Below are positions 1 through 8,196 of a stretch of DNA of 64,000 nucleotides, piece after piece. The DNA is from Clostridia bacterium (GTDB lineage Bacteria > Bacillota > Clostridia > Saccharofermentanales > UBA5734), in assembly GCA_040772725.1 (NCBI GenBank), contig JAXGXR010000002.1, forward strand, positions 477,635-541,634, in the 5' to 3' direction. Under the pieces are notes generated by a model. The model saw only the letters and a list, made by a program, of their open reading frames with translations, was not told the origin of the DNA and ran no database searches. The position numbers and the translations under genes were made by a program. The first letter of the stretch is position 1. Every line of letters begins with the position of its first letter.

Positions 1-169
1 ACTCACGGATCAGACGCATGTCTTCAAACAGATGCAAGAGATCATTCGCCGGGAACTCCCCTTTGACATCCTTGAGGGTTTTCTGGTAGGCGTTCAGCGG
101 AATGTCCGAAAAAGACAGGCTGCCGCTGGCGCGGACGGTGTTGGGATGGATCAGCAATGATTTTGGCAT
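1..169 (-). CDS. 5' end (about 56 codons) of a probable thiamine-diphosphate-dependent dehydrogenase E1 alpha subunit (acetoin/pyruvate dehydrogenase type); continues beyond the window
   Basis: Own minus-strand translation from CAT at 167-169: MPKSLLIHPNTVRASGSLSFSDIPLNAYQKTLKDVKGEFPANDLLHLFEDMRLIRE. A GGAGGA RBS lies just upstream. The N-terminal pattern is typical of E1 alpha subunits. It is absent from the ORF track because the window edge truncates it. Confidence 0.45.
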   Translation of the reverse strand, partial: MPKSLLIHPNTVRASGSLSFSDIPLNAYQKTLKDVKGEFPANDLLHLFEDMRLIRE

Positions 170-442
170 GACGAACTCCTCCTGGTAAACGGTCGGGGGT
201 TTGTGCAATCACCCCCCTCGAAGCGTCCGAGACAAACTTGATTCAACTAAGAGCGGGAATGCCCTGTCTTGATCGTAGCACGCCCCTTGGCACCGGGCAA
301 TGGGTTCGTTTCAAGATTTACTCATCACTATTTACTTAAATATACCAGATGTCAAACAAGCGCACAAATAGGTCAGACCATGAAACAAATAACCGGCCCT
401 TTGCTATAATGAAAATACCGGGCGAGAGGAGGCGGTTTTTTC

Positions 443-1168
443 ATGCTCAAACCGGTCAAGAAGGCAAGACTTTATGAAGACATTGTCCAGCAGCTGACAC
501 GGTTGATCAACAGCGGCGTGCTCAAGCCAGGCGACCGTCTGCCGACCGAGCGGGCGCTGGCCACCGAGCTTGATGTCAGCCGGACAGCGATCCGCGAAGC
601 GCTTCGCGTGATGGAGGCCATGGGATTCATCGAGTCCCGGGTCGGGGAAGGCACGTATGTACGGGCCATCACGATTGAAAACGTGATCAGTCCGTTTTCC
701 AGCCTGCTGCAGCAGGATCAGCGACTGATCGACGAACTGATGGAGGTTCGACTGCTGATCGAGACTGAGATGGCCCGGATGGCTGCCCATCGGCTCAATC
801 CGGAAAGCGCCGCGCAGATTGAAGAATCCCTTGCCTTCATGGAGGAGGAAATCAGCCAGGGAGTGCTGGGACTCAACGGCGACAACATGTTTCATGAAGC
901 ACTGGCCAAGGCGGCCGACAACCAGGCGCTTTGCCAGATCCTCGACTTGTGCAGCGATCTCTTGAGCTCGTCACGGGAAGACGCGTTGAAAAAATTGAGT
1001 GACCAGGGCATCGCGCTGGCCCACCACCGCAAGATCTACCAGGCAGTGGTTGATGGAGATGGTGACCTGGCAGCTTCTCTGATGAAACATCACCTGCAGT
1101 TCGCGGCCAATTACATGAGCCGGGTGCCAGTCTCGCAAAGGCCAGTCACAGGCAATCATCCGTCTTGA
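443..1168 (+). CDS. GntR-family transcriptional regulator, FadR/FCD subfamily
   Basis: N-terminal winged HTH (LPTERALATELDVSRTAIREALRVMEAMGFIESRVGEGTYV) followed by a helical FCD-like C-terminal domain. GAGGAGG RBS upstream of the ATG. Confidence 0.85.
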   Translation: MLKPVKKARLYEDIVQQLTRLINSGVLKPGDRLPTERALATELDVSRTAIREALRVMEAMGFIESRVGEGTYVRAITIENVISPFSSLLQQDQRLIDELMEVRLLIETEMARMAAHRLNPESAAQIEESLAFMEEEISQGVLGLNGDNMFHEALAKAADNQALCQILDLCSDLLSSSREDALKKLSDQGIALAHHRKIYQAVVDGDGDLAASLMKHHLQFAANYMSRVPVSQRPVTGNHPS

Positions 1169-1203
1169 AACAATCAAAATGGATAAGAAATGAGGGAACA
1201 CGC

Positions 1204-1944
1204 ATGGGTAATCTGGAAGGAAAAATCGCAGTCATCACAGGCGCGGCCCAGGGGATCGGCAAGGCCGCGGCGATCGCTTTCGCGCGGGAGGGCGCCAAGG
1301 GCCTGATCATCGCGGACATGAACGAGGCCAAGGCCGCGGCGACAGCCAAGGGCATCGAAGAGGAATTTGGCTGTACGGCCATCGCGTTGAAGGTCAACAT
1401 CGTGGTTCTTGACGAGGTCAGGCAGATGTTCGCCACCGCGCAGGAAAAATTTGGCACGGTCGACATTTTTGTCAACAGTGCCGGAATCTGCCCGCTCGCC
1501 ACGATCGAAAACATTGGTGAAAAGGAATGGGACCTGGTTCTCGACGTGGACCTGAAGGGTGCCTACTTGAGCACACGCGAAGCGTTCTTCATCATGAAGC
1601 AGAAGCGCTACGGCAAGATCATCAATCTCTCGTCCATGGCCGGACGACAGGGGGGCATCACGTCGGGCATCCACTACTCCACATCCAAGGGCGCGATCAT
1701 CACGATGACCAAGCAGTTCGCCAAGGCAGGCGCCGCCTACAACATCAATTGCAACGCGGTGGCGCCCGGCCTGATCGAGACCGACATGACCGCGACGTTC
1801 GGCTACAAGCCTGAGCAGGTCCCGCTCGGTCGGCTCGGTACAGCCGAGGACTGCGCGAACGCGATCGAATTCCTGGCCTCCGAACGCTCGAGCTTCATCA
1901 CGGGCTGCACCATCGACGTCAACGGCGGCATGCTGATGACTTGA
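1204..1944 (+). CDS. Short-chain dehydrogenase/reductase (FabG-like 3-oxoacyl reductase family)
   Basis: TGAAQGIG Rossmann motif, NSAG, and YSTSK catalytic motif (YxxxK). Start moved to the internal ATG at 1204 (MGNLEGKIAVITGAAQGIG), which fits the SDR N-terminus. Confidence 0.85.
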   Translation: MGNLEGKIAVITGAAQGIGKAAAIAFAREGAKGLIIADMNEAKAAATAKGIEEEFGCTAIALKVNIVVLDEVRQMFATAQEKFGTVDIFVNSAGICPLATIENIGEKEWDLVLDVDLKGAYLSTREAFFIMKQKRYGKIINLSSMAGRQGGITSGIHYSTSKGAIITMTKQFAKAGAAYNINCNAVAPGLIETDMTATFGYKPEQVPLGRLGTAEDCANAIEFLASERSSFITGCTIDVNGGMLMT

Positions 1945-1957
1945 GGGAGGATCCGAC

Positions 1958-2518
1958 ATGGACCGATTCACACTCAACAAAGACGAGACCATTCTGCTGA
2001 TCATCGATGTCCAGGAGCGTCTGGCGCCGGTGATCCATGATCAGGCAACGGTGATAGACCGCACGGTCCGACTGCTGCACGCAGCCATCGAGATGGACTT
2101 GCCGGTGTTGGTCACGGAGCAATACCCCAAAGGACTCGGACCGACCGTCCCCGCCATTCGTGATGTGCTGAACGAGAGCCTGCCGGACCTCAGGCCGTAT
2201 GAAAAGCAAAGCTTCACGGCTTACACATCGGATGTGTCAGCCGCGCTTGGCGCCACTGGTCGGAAGAAGGTGATCATTGCTGGCATGGAGACGCATGTCT
2301 GTGTCTTCCAGACGACCCGGCAGCTGCTGGCTGAAGGGTACCAGGTCTTCATCGCCCGGGACGCGGTCAGCTCGAGAACGTCGGAAAACCGGGAAAACGC
2401 CTTCCAGCTAATGGCGGCAATGGGCGCGACCATCACCAATACCGAGACCATCCTGTTTGACCTGGTCAAGGTGTCCGGCACACCGCTTTTCAAAAAAATA
2501 TCGCATCTGGTGAAATGA
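1958..2518 (+). CDS. Isochorismatase-family cysteine hydrolase
   Basis: LLIIDVQERL motif at the N-terminus and a conserved ...AGMETHVCV... catalytic Cys region. GGGAGGA RBS. Confidence 0.8.
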   Translation: MDRFTLNKDETILLIIDVQERLAPVIHDQATVIDRTVRLLHAAIEMDLPVLVTEQYPKGLGPTVPAIRDVLNESLPDLRPYEKQSFTAYTSDVSAALGATGRKKVIIAGMETHVCVFQTTRQLLAEGYQVFIARDAVSSRTSENRENAFQLMAAMGATITNTETILFDLVKVSGTPLFKKISHLVK

Positions 2519-2700
2519 AAATGCCCAGCCGAACCGGGTGCATGATGGTCGACGGCAGGCGTGAAACCGGTCATCCCTCTGAAAGGGTGGTCAAATTTCG
2601 TAATAATTTATATGGGCCCTGTCATGCGACTATCAGAATGCTGATGTTCAGCTGGTCTGCATGACCTGAAATCTTTAAACTCTGGGAGGAACCGCCGCAC

Positions 2701-3477
2701 ATGGCTTTCTGGAAGCCGCCGGCTGAGTCATCGCCGACTGACGGCTCGATTTCGCATCCCGTTCGAATGGATGACGGAACTGAGTCTTTGGTTGCCCGGA
2801 TTCAATCCGGGGAGGAACAGCTGCGTGAACAGCTGATCCTGGACAGCATGCCCTGGATCAAGAAAACCGTGCGAAAGATCACACGATCTTTTTTTGTCGA
2901 GCAGATGGACGAGTTCAGCATCGCGCTGGAAGCCTTCAGCCAGGCCATCGACCATTTCAAGACCGATCGGCAAGTTCCGTTTTTCGGTTTCGCACAGCTG
3001 GTCATCGAGCGCCGATTGATCGATTGGCAGCGCCGACAGCAAAAGGATAGCCGGACGCTTCTTTTCACCGATGTCGAATCACCGGAAGGCACGTCTTATG
3101 TCGATCAGGTGGCGGATCCGACCAGCGAACATGCCCAGGCTGACCTGGAAACCGCAGAATCCATCGACTATCTCAAACTAAGACTAGGCACGTTCGGCTT
3201 CACGCTGGAACAGCTGACCGACCGTTTCCCGAAGCATCGCGACACGCGTCTGCTCTGCATCCGGATTGCCCGGACCCTGGCCGAGGATGATACGCTTTTT
3301 GACAGGATGATGGTCGATCACCGTCTGCCGGTCTCGGAGCTGTCACGCCGCCTGGAGGTCCCGGTCAAGACGATCGACCGCAACCGTCACAGCATCATCT
3401 TCATCGCCTTGCTGATCAACAGCGACCTGGACGTCATCAAGTCGTATCTGATCAACTTTGAAAGGGAGGGTTCCTGA
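2701..3477 (+). CDS. sigI: RNA polymerase sigma factor SigI
   Basis: SigI-type region 2 (FSIALEAFSQAIDHFKTDRQVPFFGFAQLVIERRLIDWQRRQ) and a C-terminal SigI-specific domain. Translationally coupled (ATGA) to an RsgI-type anti-sigma gene. Confidence 0.8.
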   Translation: MAFWKPPAESSPTDGSISHPVRMDDGTESLVARIQSGEEQLREQLILDSMPWIKKTVRKITRSFFVEQMDEFSIALEAFSQAIDHFKTDRQVPFFGFAQLVIERRLIDWQRRQQKDSRTLLFTDVESPEGTSYVDQVADPTSEHAQADLETAESIDYLKLRLGTFGFTLEQLTDRFPKHRDTRLLCIRIARTLAEDDTLFDRMMVDHRLPVSELSRRLEVPVKTIDRNRHSIIFIALLINSDLDVIKSYLINFEREGS

Positions 3478-4598
3478 TGCGCAAGGGAACAGTCCTGTCC
3501 ATTGAACATGATGTCGCGATCATCTTTACAGATGACTGCGGACTGGTCCGCATCCCCTGCCGGCCGGACATGGCCGTCGGGCGGGAGATTCTCCTGCCGG
3601 ACCTGGAGGCTGTGACGAGCGTCAGGCGGGTATCACCGCGGATTCATACCTGGAAGCCGGCCATGGCAGCCGCGATCCTGCTGATCGTCATCACCGTCGG
3701 CCTCTGGATGGGCCAGAGCCGCTGGCCGACAGCGGCGTACGCCCGGATTTCCGTTGAGGTGAACCCGGGGATCGAACTGGTCCTGAATCGTCATCTCGAG
3801 GTCAGTGATGTCCGGTATCTCGATGAAGAAGCGCGCCAACTGGCCGCCGGCGTCACCCTCGAAGGCCTGGAATGGCGTGAAGCGGTTGAGCGATGGGCTG
3901 AAGTCCTGGTCGATCAATGGCCTGAAAAATTGGAGCGTATGCTGGTGGCGGCATTTGTGTCGCCGCGTGACGAGGCGTTCCTTGGCTCGCTTCGGGAGAT
4001 GGCGGGTACCGGCAATCCGGGAGCACTTTCAGGGGTCGATGTCCGTATCCTGTACGGGACCGATCCCGAGATCGCGCGTCTGGCTGATCGTAACAACCTG
4101 TCGCTGGGACGCCAGATGATCCTGAACCAGTCGCGGGACAGTCAGTTGGGATGGGAAGTTGATGCCATCGCGATCGCGCCGCTCGGCGATCTGGTCGGCC
4201 TGATGCCGGCGAACCCGGACCCGGACCAGGATCCGGTCATGGCTCGGCTGCGCGTGAAAGCGACCATCCAGACGTCTGCCACCGAGTCATCAACGCCCTC
4301 GACATCTAACAACACAAATCCGACTACCGGTAAAACCGATGGGCAGACTTCCGGGAAAACGACCGTCCAGTCAGTTTCCAACAGTACGACCGGAGCGGGC
4401 ACATCCGGAGAAAATGTCACTTCAGGCTCGACCGGAGAATCGACTTCCAGCCAGACCACCGGTGCGACGACAGACAAGGCAACGACCGGCAACTCCACTC
4501 AAACGACGCAGACAAGCGGGCCGACCACATCACCCGCGTCATCCCAGTCCGGTCCTTTCAACACCGAGCCGGGAAAAACCACTCAGTCCGCCAGATAG
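3477..4598 (+). CDS. rsgI: Anti-sigma-I factor RsgI: N-terminal RsgI_N domain, one TM helix, extracellular domain, Ser/Thr-rich tail
   Basis: MRKGTVLSIEHDVAIIFTDDCGLVRIPCRPDMAVGREI matches the RsgI N-terminal domain. TM segment is AMAAAILLIVITVGLWM. The last ~110 aa are low-complexity S/T/G/N. Confidence 0.75.
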   Translation: MRKGTVLSIEHDVAIIFTDDCGLVRIPCRPDMAVGREILLPDLEAVTSVRRVSPRIHTWKPAMAAAILLIVITVGLWMGQSRWPTAAYARISVEVNPGIELVLNRHLEVSDVRYLDEEARQLAAGVTLEGLEWREAVERWAEVLVDQWPEKLERMLVAAFVSPRDEAFLGSLREMAGTGNPGALSGVDVRILYGTDPEIARLADRNNLSLGRQMILNQSRDSQLGWEVDAIAIAPLGDLVGLMPANPDPDQDPVMARLRVKATIQTSATESSTPSTSNNTNPTTGKTDGQTSGKTTVQSVSNSTTGAGTSGENVTSGSTGESTSSQTTGATTDKATTGNSTQTTQTSGPTTSPASSQSGPFNTEPGKTTQSAR

Positions 4599-6382
4599 AT
4601 CGTCCGGATGTAAGCGCTGTATTGCAGACTGCCTGACGAACTTTCCGAAATCTGGATATTCTGGAAAACGATCAGGATACGAAGGCTACCCTGCTCGGCC
4701 TTGAGCATCATGTCCTCAAAGGCGACCTCGGTGCCCTCTTTGGCATTGACGCCCCGGTATTTATCATAGAGGCCGCGGATATAAGGCTCGACATCGATTT
4801 CGAGCAGTATCTGGTTGTCGCGACTGACGATGATCGGCATATTGCGCACATACTCGATAGCGGTCGGGCGGATCTGATAAATACCGGACAGCCCTTTGAT
4901 CTCGATCTCATTCGTCATGTTCATGTCGCCCATATTGGCGGCATACTGATAATCAGACACATCCAGCGTGCCGGCTGGCAGGTAAAGGAAGGTCTCATTG
5001 CCTGATGGCCCGACCGGCCCCCAATCATAATCTTCTTCAAATCCAAAAACACTGACAAACTGGCTGTAACTGGTGATCGACCCGTCAAACCAGGGGGCAA
5101 TGCTTGTCTCACGCTGGCGTGGAATCAGGTAGTTGACCGTCTGGGTGATGGTCTTCTTGTCCTCCTGGGAAATACCGGCCGGCGCCTTCTGGATGCGATC
5201 ACTGACGATCATCTGGTTTTTGGTCAGTACGCTGTACAGCCGGTTGGACTGGGATCGGACGGTGAAGTCCAGGTAGCCGGTGACCGGCAATACCGCCACG
5301 GCGATCAGCAGCATCGCGGCGATGGCGGTGAGGCCATTGCGCAGGACCGGCTTGATCAGGAACACAAGGGCCGACAGGATGGCATAGATCCAGATCAGCG
5401 AAACGACGTATTCGCCGACCATGAAGCCGGTGGTCTGGACGCGCTCGATGATCGCGTACGCTTCAAAAGCCAGGAAGATCAGGAGCACAATCGGGAAGAC
5501 TCGCCGGTAAACGCGGGCGATCGGCTTGTCCTGATGGCTGACCATGATGAACAGCCAGATGCCAAGGATCGAATAGCCTGAGAAAATGGCGGACAACTGT
5601 TCGAAATCCGGCCATTTCCCCACCACCAGGATCTGGACCACCCAGATCAGGAGCACAATGGAGAGGGCGGCGATGATCGGGATGAGGACGTACAGGAACA
5701 GGACTTCAATGAACCGCGGCTGTTTCTGGGCCGTTTCCAGGTGCGGATCGGAAACCTCTGGCGAAAAGTCGGGATAATAGCCGAGGAAGAACGCGAACCA
5801 CAGGAACGCGCTCCAGACGCCGATATGCATGTAGACTTTTTCCGACATGGCTTGGTACAGCAGGTTCTCGACACTGAAGGCGATGAAATAGCTGCCGAGC
5901 AGGATGACCAGCGCGTAAAGCAGGGCGATCATCGCTGACTTCAAAGTCATGAAAGCCGCCTGATTGTAATCACTGCCGGTCGAAGGCCGGGAAATCAGCA
6001 GCATGAACAGCAGGACCAGGACCGCCGCACCGGCAAAAACGCGTGCGATCGTCATCTGGGGAATCTGACCGGTTCCCTGGTTGATCAGGAAGAACAGACC
6101 GACACCGGCGCCGAGCGTCAGGATGTTGACCAGGATGAACCAGACAGGCAGACGCTTTCGGCTGATGCCGAGAACAGCGACGACCAGGCCGAGCGCGGCG
6201 GCCACGACAAAGCCCAGCTGCAGGCTCTGATAGAACCGGTTGTAGGATACATTGTCCAGCTGGATGAGGTAGGAAGCTGAAGCGGCGATGACCAGCGCGC
6301 TCAGCATGGCTGCCGGAAAACGGGCGAACGAACGGGCAGTGCCGCCGGCAATCCGGGTGATGGACTGACCGAATTTACTCAT
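4583..6382 (-). CDS. Polytopic membrane protein of unknown function (DUF4153-like by recollection)
   Basis: About 10-12 predicted hydrophobic helices followed by a soluble C-terminal region. Start placed at the ATG at 6382 (MSKFGQSITR...), preceded by a G-rich RBS. Its 3' end overlaps the convergent rsgI by 16 bp. Confidence 0.55.
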   Translation of the reverse strand: MSKFGQSITRIAGGTARSFARFPAAMLSALVIAASASYLIQLDNVSYNRFYQSLQLGFVVAAALGLVVAVLGISRKRLPVWFILVNILTLGAGVGLFFLINQGTGQIPQMTIARVFAGAAVLVLLFMLLISRPSTGSDYNQAAFMTLKSAMIALLYALVILLGSYFIAFSVENLLYQAMSEKVYMHIGVWSAFLWFAFFLGYYPDFSPEVSDPHLETAQKQPRFIEVLFLYVLIPIIAALSIVLLIWVVQILVVGKWPDFEQLSAIFSGYSILGIWLFIMVSHQDKPIARVYRRVFPIVLLIFLAFEAYAIIERVQTTGFMVGEYVVSLIWIYAILSALVFLIKPVLRNGLTAIAAMLLIAVAVLPVTGYLDFTVRSQSNRLYSVLTKNQMIVSDRIQKAPAGISQEDKKTITQTVNYLIPRQRETSIAPWFDGSITSYSQFVSVFGFEEDYDWGPVGPSGNETFLYLPAGTLDVSDYQYAANMGDMNMTNEIEIKGLSGIYQIRPTAIEYVRNMPIIVSRDNQILLEIDVEPYIRGLYDKYRGVNAKEGTEVAFEDMMLKAEQGSLRILIVFQNIQISESSSGSLQYSAYIRTIYLAD

Positions 6383-6576
6383 GGGTATACCCCCCTTGAT
6401 AGCAGTTACTTTGACTATCGAATTAACTTCAGTATAGACGCAAGCGGCTCTGATTGAAAGAAAAATCAACCATCGGCCTGGCGCTCAGTCGAACGGTGCC
6501 GATTTTTCCAACAATCGCAAAAGATGATACAGAAATGACACATTTGCCTGTTGAAATAAAGACGTCAAGCAAAACC

Positions 6577-7425
6577 ATGAGGAGGAACACGTCCGTGAAC
6601 AAATTGCCCCTGAAAGCCAAGTCGCATAGCCAGCAGATCCGTCTGGCCGTCCAGATCATCTTTTTTGCCCTGATCCTGGGCAACGCCATCAACCATACCC
6701 TTTCCGAGGCCGGCATCGCCATCCCGATCCTCGGAGCCGCCTCGATCCACTCACTTTGTCCGTTCGGGGGTGTGGTGACGATCTACACCCTGGCCACCAC
6801 CGGTCGTCTGGTGCAGAAAATCCACGAATCCGCGCTTGTCATGCTGGGTGTTGTCGGTGTGACCGCGATCCTGTTCGGTTCCGCCTTCTGCGGCTGGATC
6901 TGCCCGCTCGGCTCTGTCCAGGAATGGCTCGGCAAACTGGGTCGCAAATTGTTCAAGAAAAAGTACAACAACGTCGTACCGGCCAAACTCGATCGGATCC
7001 TGCGCCTGTTCAAATACGTTGTCCTGGTCTGGGTCGTCTATGTCACCGCCACCTCGGCCATGCTGGTCTTTTCGGACTATGACCCGTATTACGCGCTCTT
7101 CAACTTCTGGTCCGGTGAGGTCGTCTGGCAGGCCCTGGTGGTGCTCGGCCTGACCCTTGGCGGCGCGCTGATCATCGAGCGCCCCTGGTGCCGCTATGCC
7201 TGCCCGCTTGGCGCGATGCTCGGATTGACCAACAAGATCAGCATCTTCCGGATCAAGCGCAACGCCCCGACCTGCATCAGCTGTTCAAAGTGCGACCGAG
7301 CCTGCCCGATGAAGATCGAGGTCTCCACAGCCGGCAAGGTCCGAAGCGTCGAATGCAACAGCTGCCTCAAGTGCACTTCTGAAAACGCCTGCCCGGTGCC
7401 CGACACCGTCAACATGAGCCTGTAA
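6577..7425 (+). CDS. NapH/MauN-like membrane-bound 4Fe-4S ferredoxin-type protein
   Basis: Four TM helices with two CxxCP motifs (FCGWICPLG, WCRYACPLG) and a C-terminal ferredoxin region (CISCSKCDRACP, CNSCLKCTSENACP). A GTG at 6595 with GAGGAGG about 9 nt upstream is an alternative start. Confidence 0.75.
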   Translation: MRRNTSVNKLPLKAKSHSQQIRLAVQIIFFALILGNAINHTLSEAGIAIPILGAASIHSLCPFGGVVTIYTLATTGRLVQKIHESALVMLGVVGVTAILFGSAFCGWICPLGSVQEWLGKLGRKLFKKKYNNVVPAKLDRILRLFKYVVLVWVVYVTATSAMLVFSDYDPYYALFNFWSGEVVWQALVVLGLTLGGALIIERPWCRYACPLGAMLGLTNKISIFRIKRNAPTCISCSKCDRACPMKIEVSTAGKVRSVECNSCLKCTSENACPVPDTVNMSL

Positions 7426-7443
7426 GCTGGAGGATATATTGAT

Positions 7444-7953
7444 ATGAAACTGAAAACCGGTACCCTTGCGATCTTACTCATCGTCGTCCTGTTTGGCGGC
7501 ATCTTCCTCTCACAGCAGCTCGGCTGGTGGAGCACCGAAGCCTCCGGCTCCGGATCTGGCGGAGGCGGCACCAAGACCCCCGTCACAATCAAGACCGGCG
7601 AATATGCCGGCACGGCGGACCCGGCTGACATTCGAGGCTCATACACATTCACTGATGTCAGCAAGAACTTCAACATCCCGATCGAAGACCTCGCCGATGC
7701 GTTTCTGGTCTTGCCCAGCGAAGCAGCCGTCATCAAATGCAAAGACATTGAAACCATGGCCTCAGAGGGAAAATACGGCGAGCTTGAGGTTGGAACATCC
7801 TCAGTCCGGGCCTTCGTCGCCAACTACCTGGGGATGGAGATCGAGGCGGCCAATCCGGAGGACGACATCCCGCCGTCCGCAATCGAGGTGATCCTCGAGC
7901 GAGGTAATCCGACTGAAGCGCAGAAAGCCAAGCTGGAAGAAATGCTGGGGTAA
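7444..7953 (+). CDS. Small N-terminally anchored protein with a Gly/Ser linker; unknown function
   Basis: TM/signal anchor (LAILLIVVLFGGIFL), GSGSGGGG linker, acidic C-terminal domain. Starts 19 nt after the 4Fe-4S gene and has a GGAGGA RBS. Confidence 0.55.
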   Translation: MKLKTGTLAILLIVVLFGGIFLSQQLGWWSTEASGSGSGGGGTKTPVTIKTGEYAGTADPADIRGSYTFTDVSKNFNIPIEDLADAFLVLPSEAAVIKCKDIETMASEGKYGELEVGTSSVRAFVANYLGMEIEAANPEDDIPPSAIEVILERGNPTEAQKAKLEEMLG

Positions 7954-7963
7954 AGTGTCCACA

Positions 7964-7996
7964 GTGCCCAAATGGTGCCAGGCACCGAAATGTCAC
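7964..7996. repeat. Intergenic repeat copy A (GTGCCCAAATGGTGCCAGGCACCGAAATGTCAC) with a GGTGCC-A-GGCACC palindromic core
   Basis: A 33-nt string identical to 8083-8115. A related copy lies at 10620-10650, and the core recurs at 26329-26341. Confidence 0.8.
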
Positions 7997-8016
7997 CAAA
8001 GCGTCGTTTATGATGA

Positions 8017-8050
8017 AAAGGGAGGTGGTCCGGATGGACTGCCTCCCTTT
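8017..8050 (+). terminator. GC-rich hairpin (AAAGGGAGGTGGTCC-GGAT-GGACTGCCTCCCTTT); probable terminator of the 7444-7953 gene
   Basis: Stem-loop read directly; followed by TTT. Sandwiched between repeat copies A and B. Confidence 0.55.
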
Positions 8051-8082
8051 GCGCTGCGCGATTGCTGAAGTGTCCAAATGAA

Positions 8083-8115
8083 GTGCCCAAATGGTGCCAG
8101 GCACCGAAATGTCAC
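8083..8115. repeat. Intergenic repeat copy B, identical to copy A
   Basis: Exact 33-nt match to 7964-7996. Confidence 0.8.
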
Positions 8116-8196
8116 TTCCGTATAGACAGACTCATCATGCTAAAATAGAGATACAATAATATAACCAGTTGGTCCTATACAGAGGAGGGATGTCTG

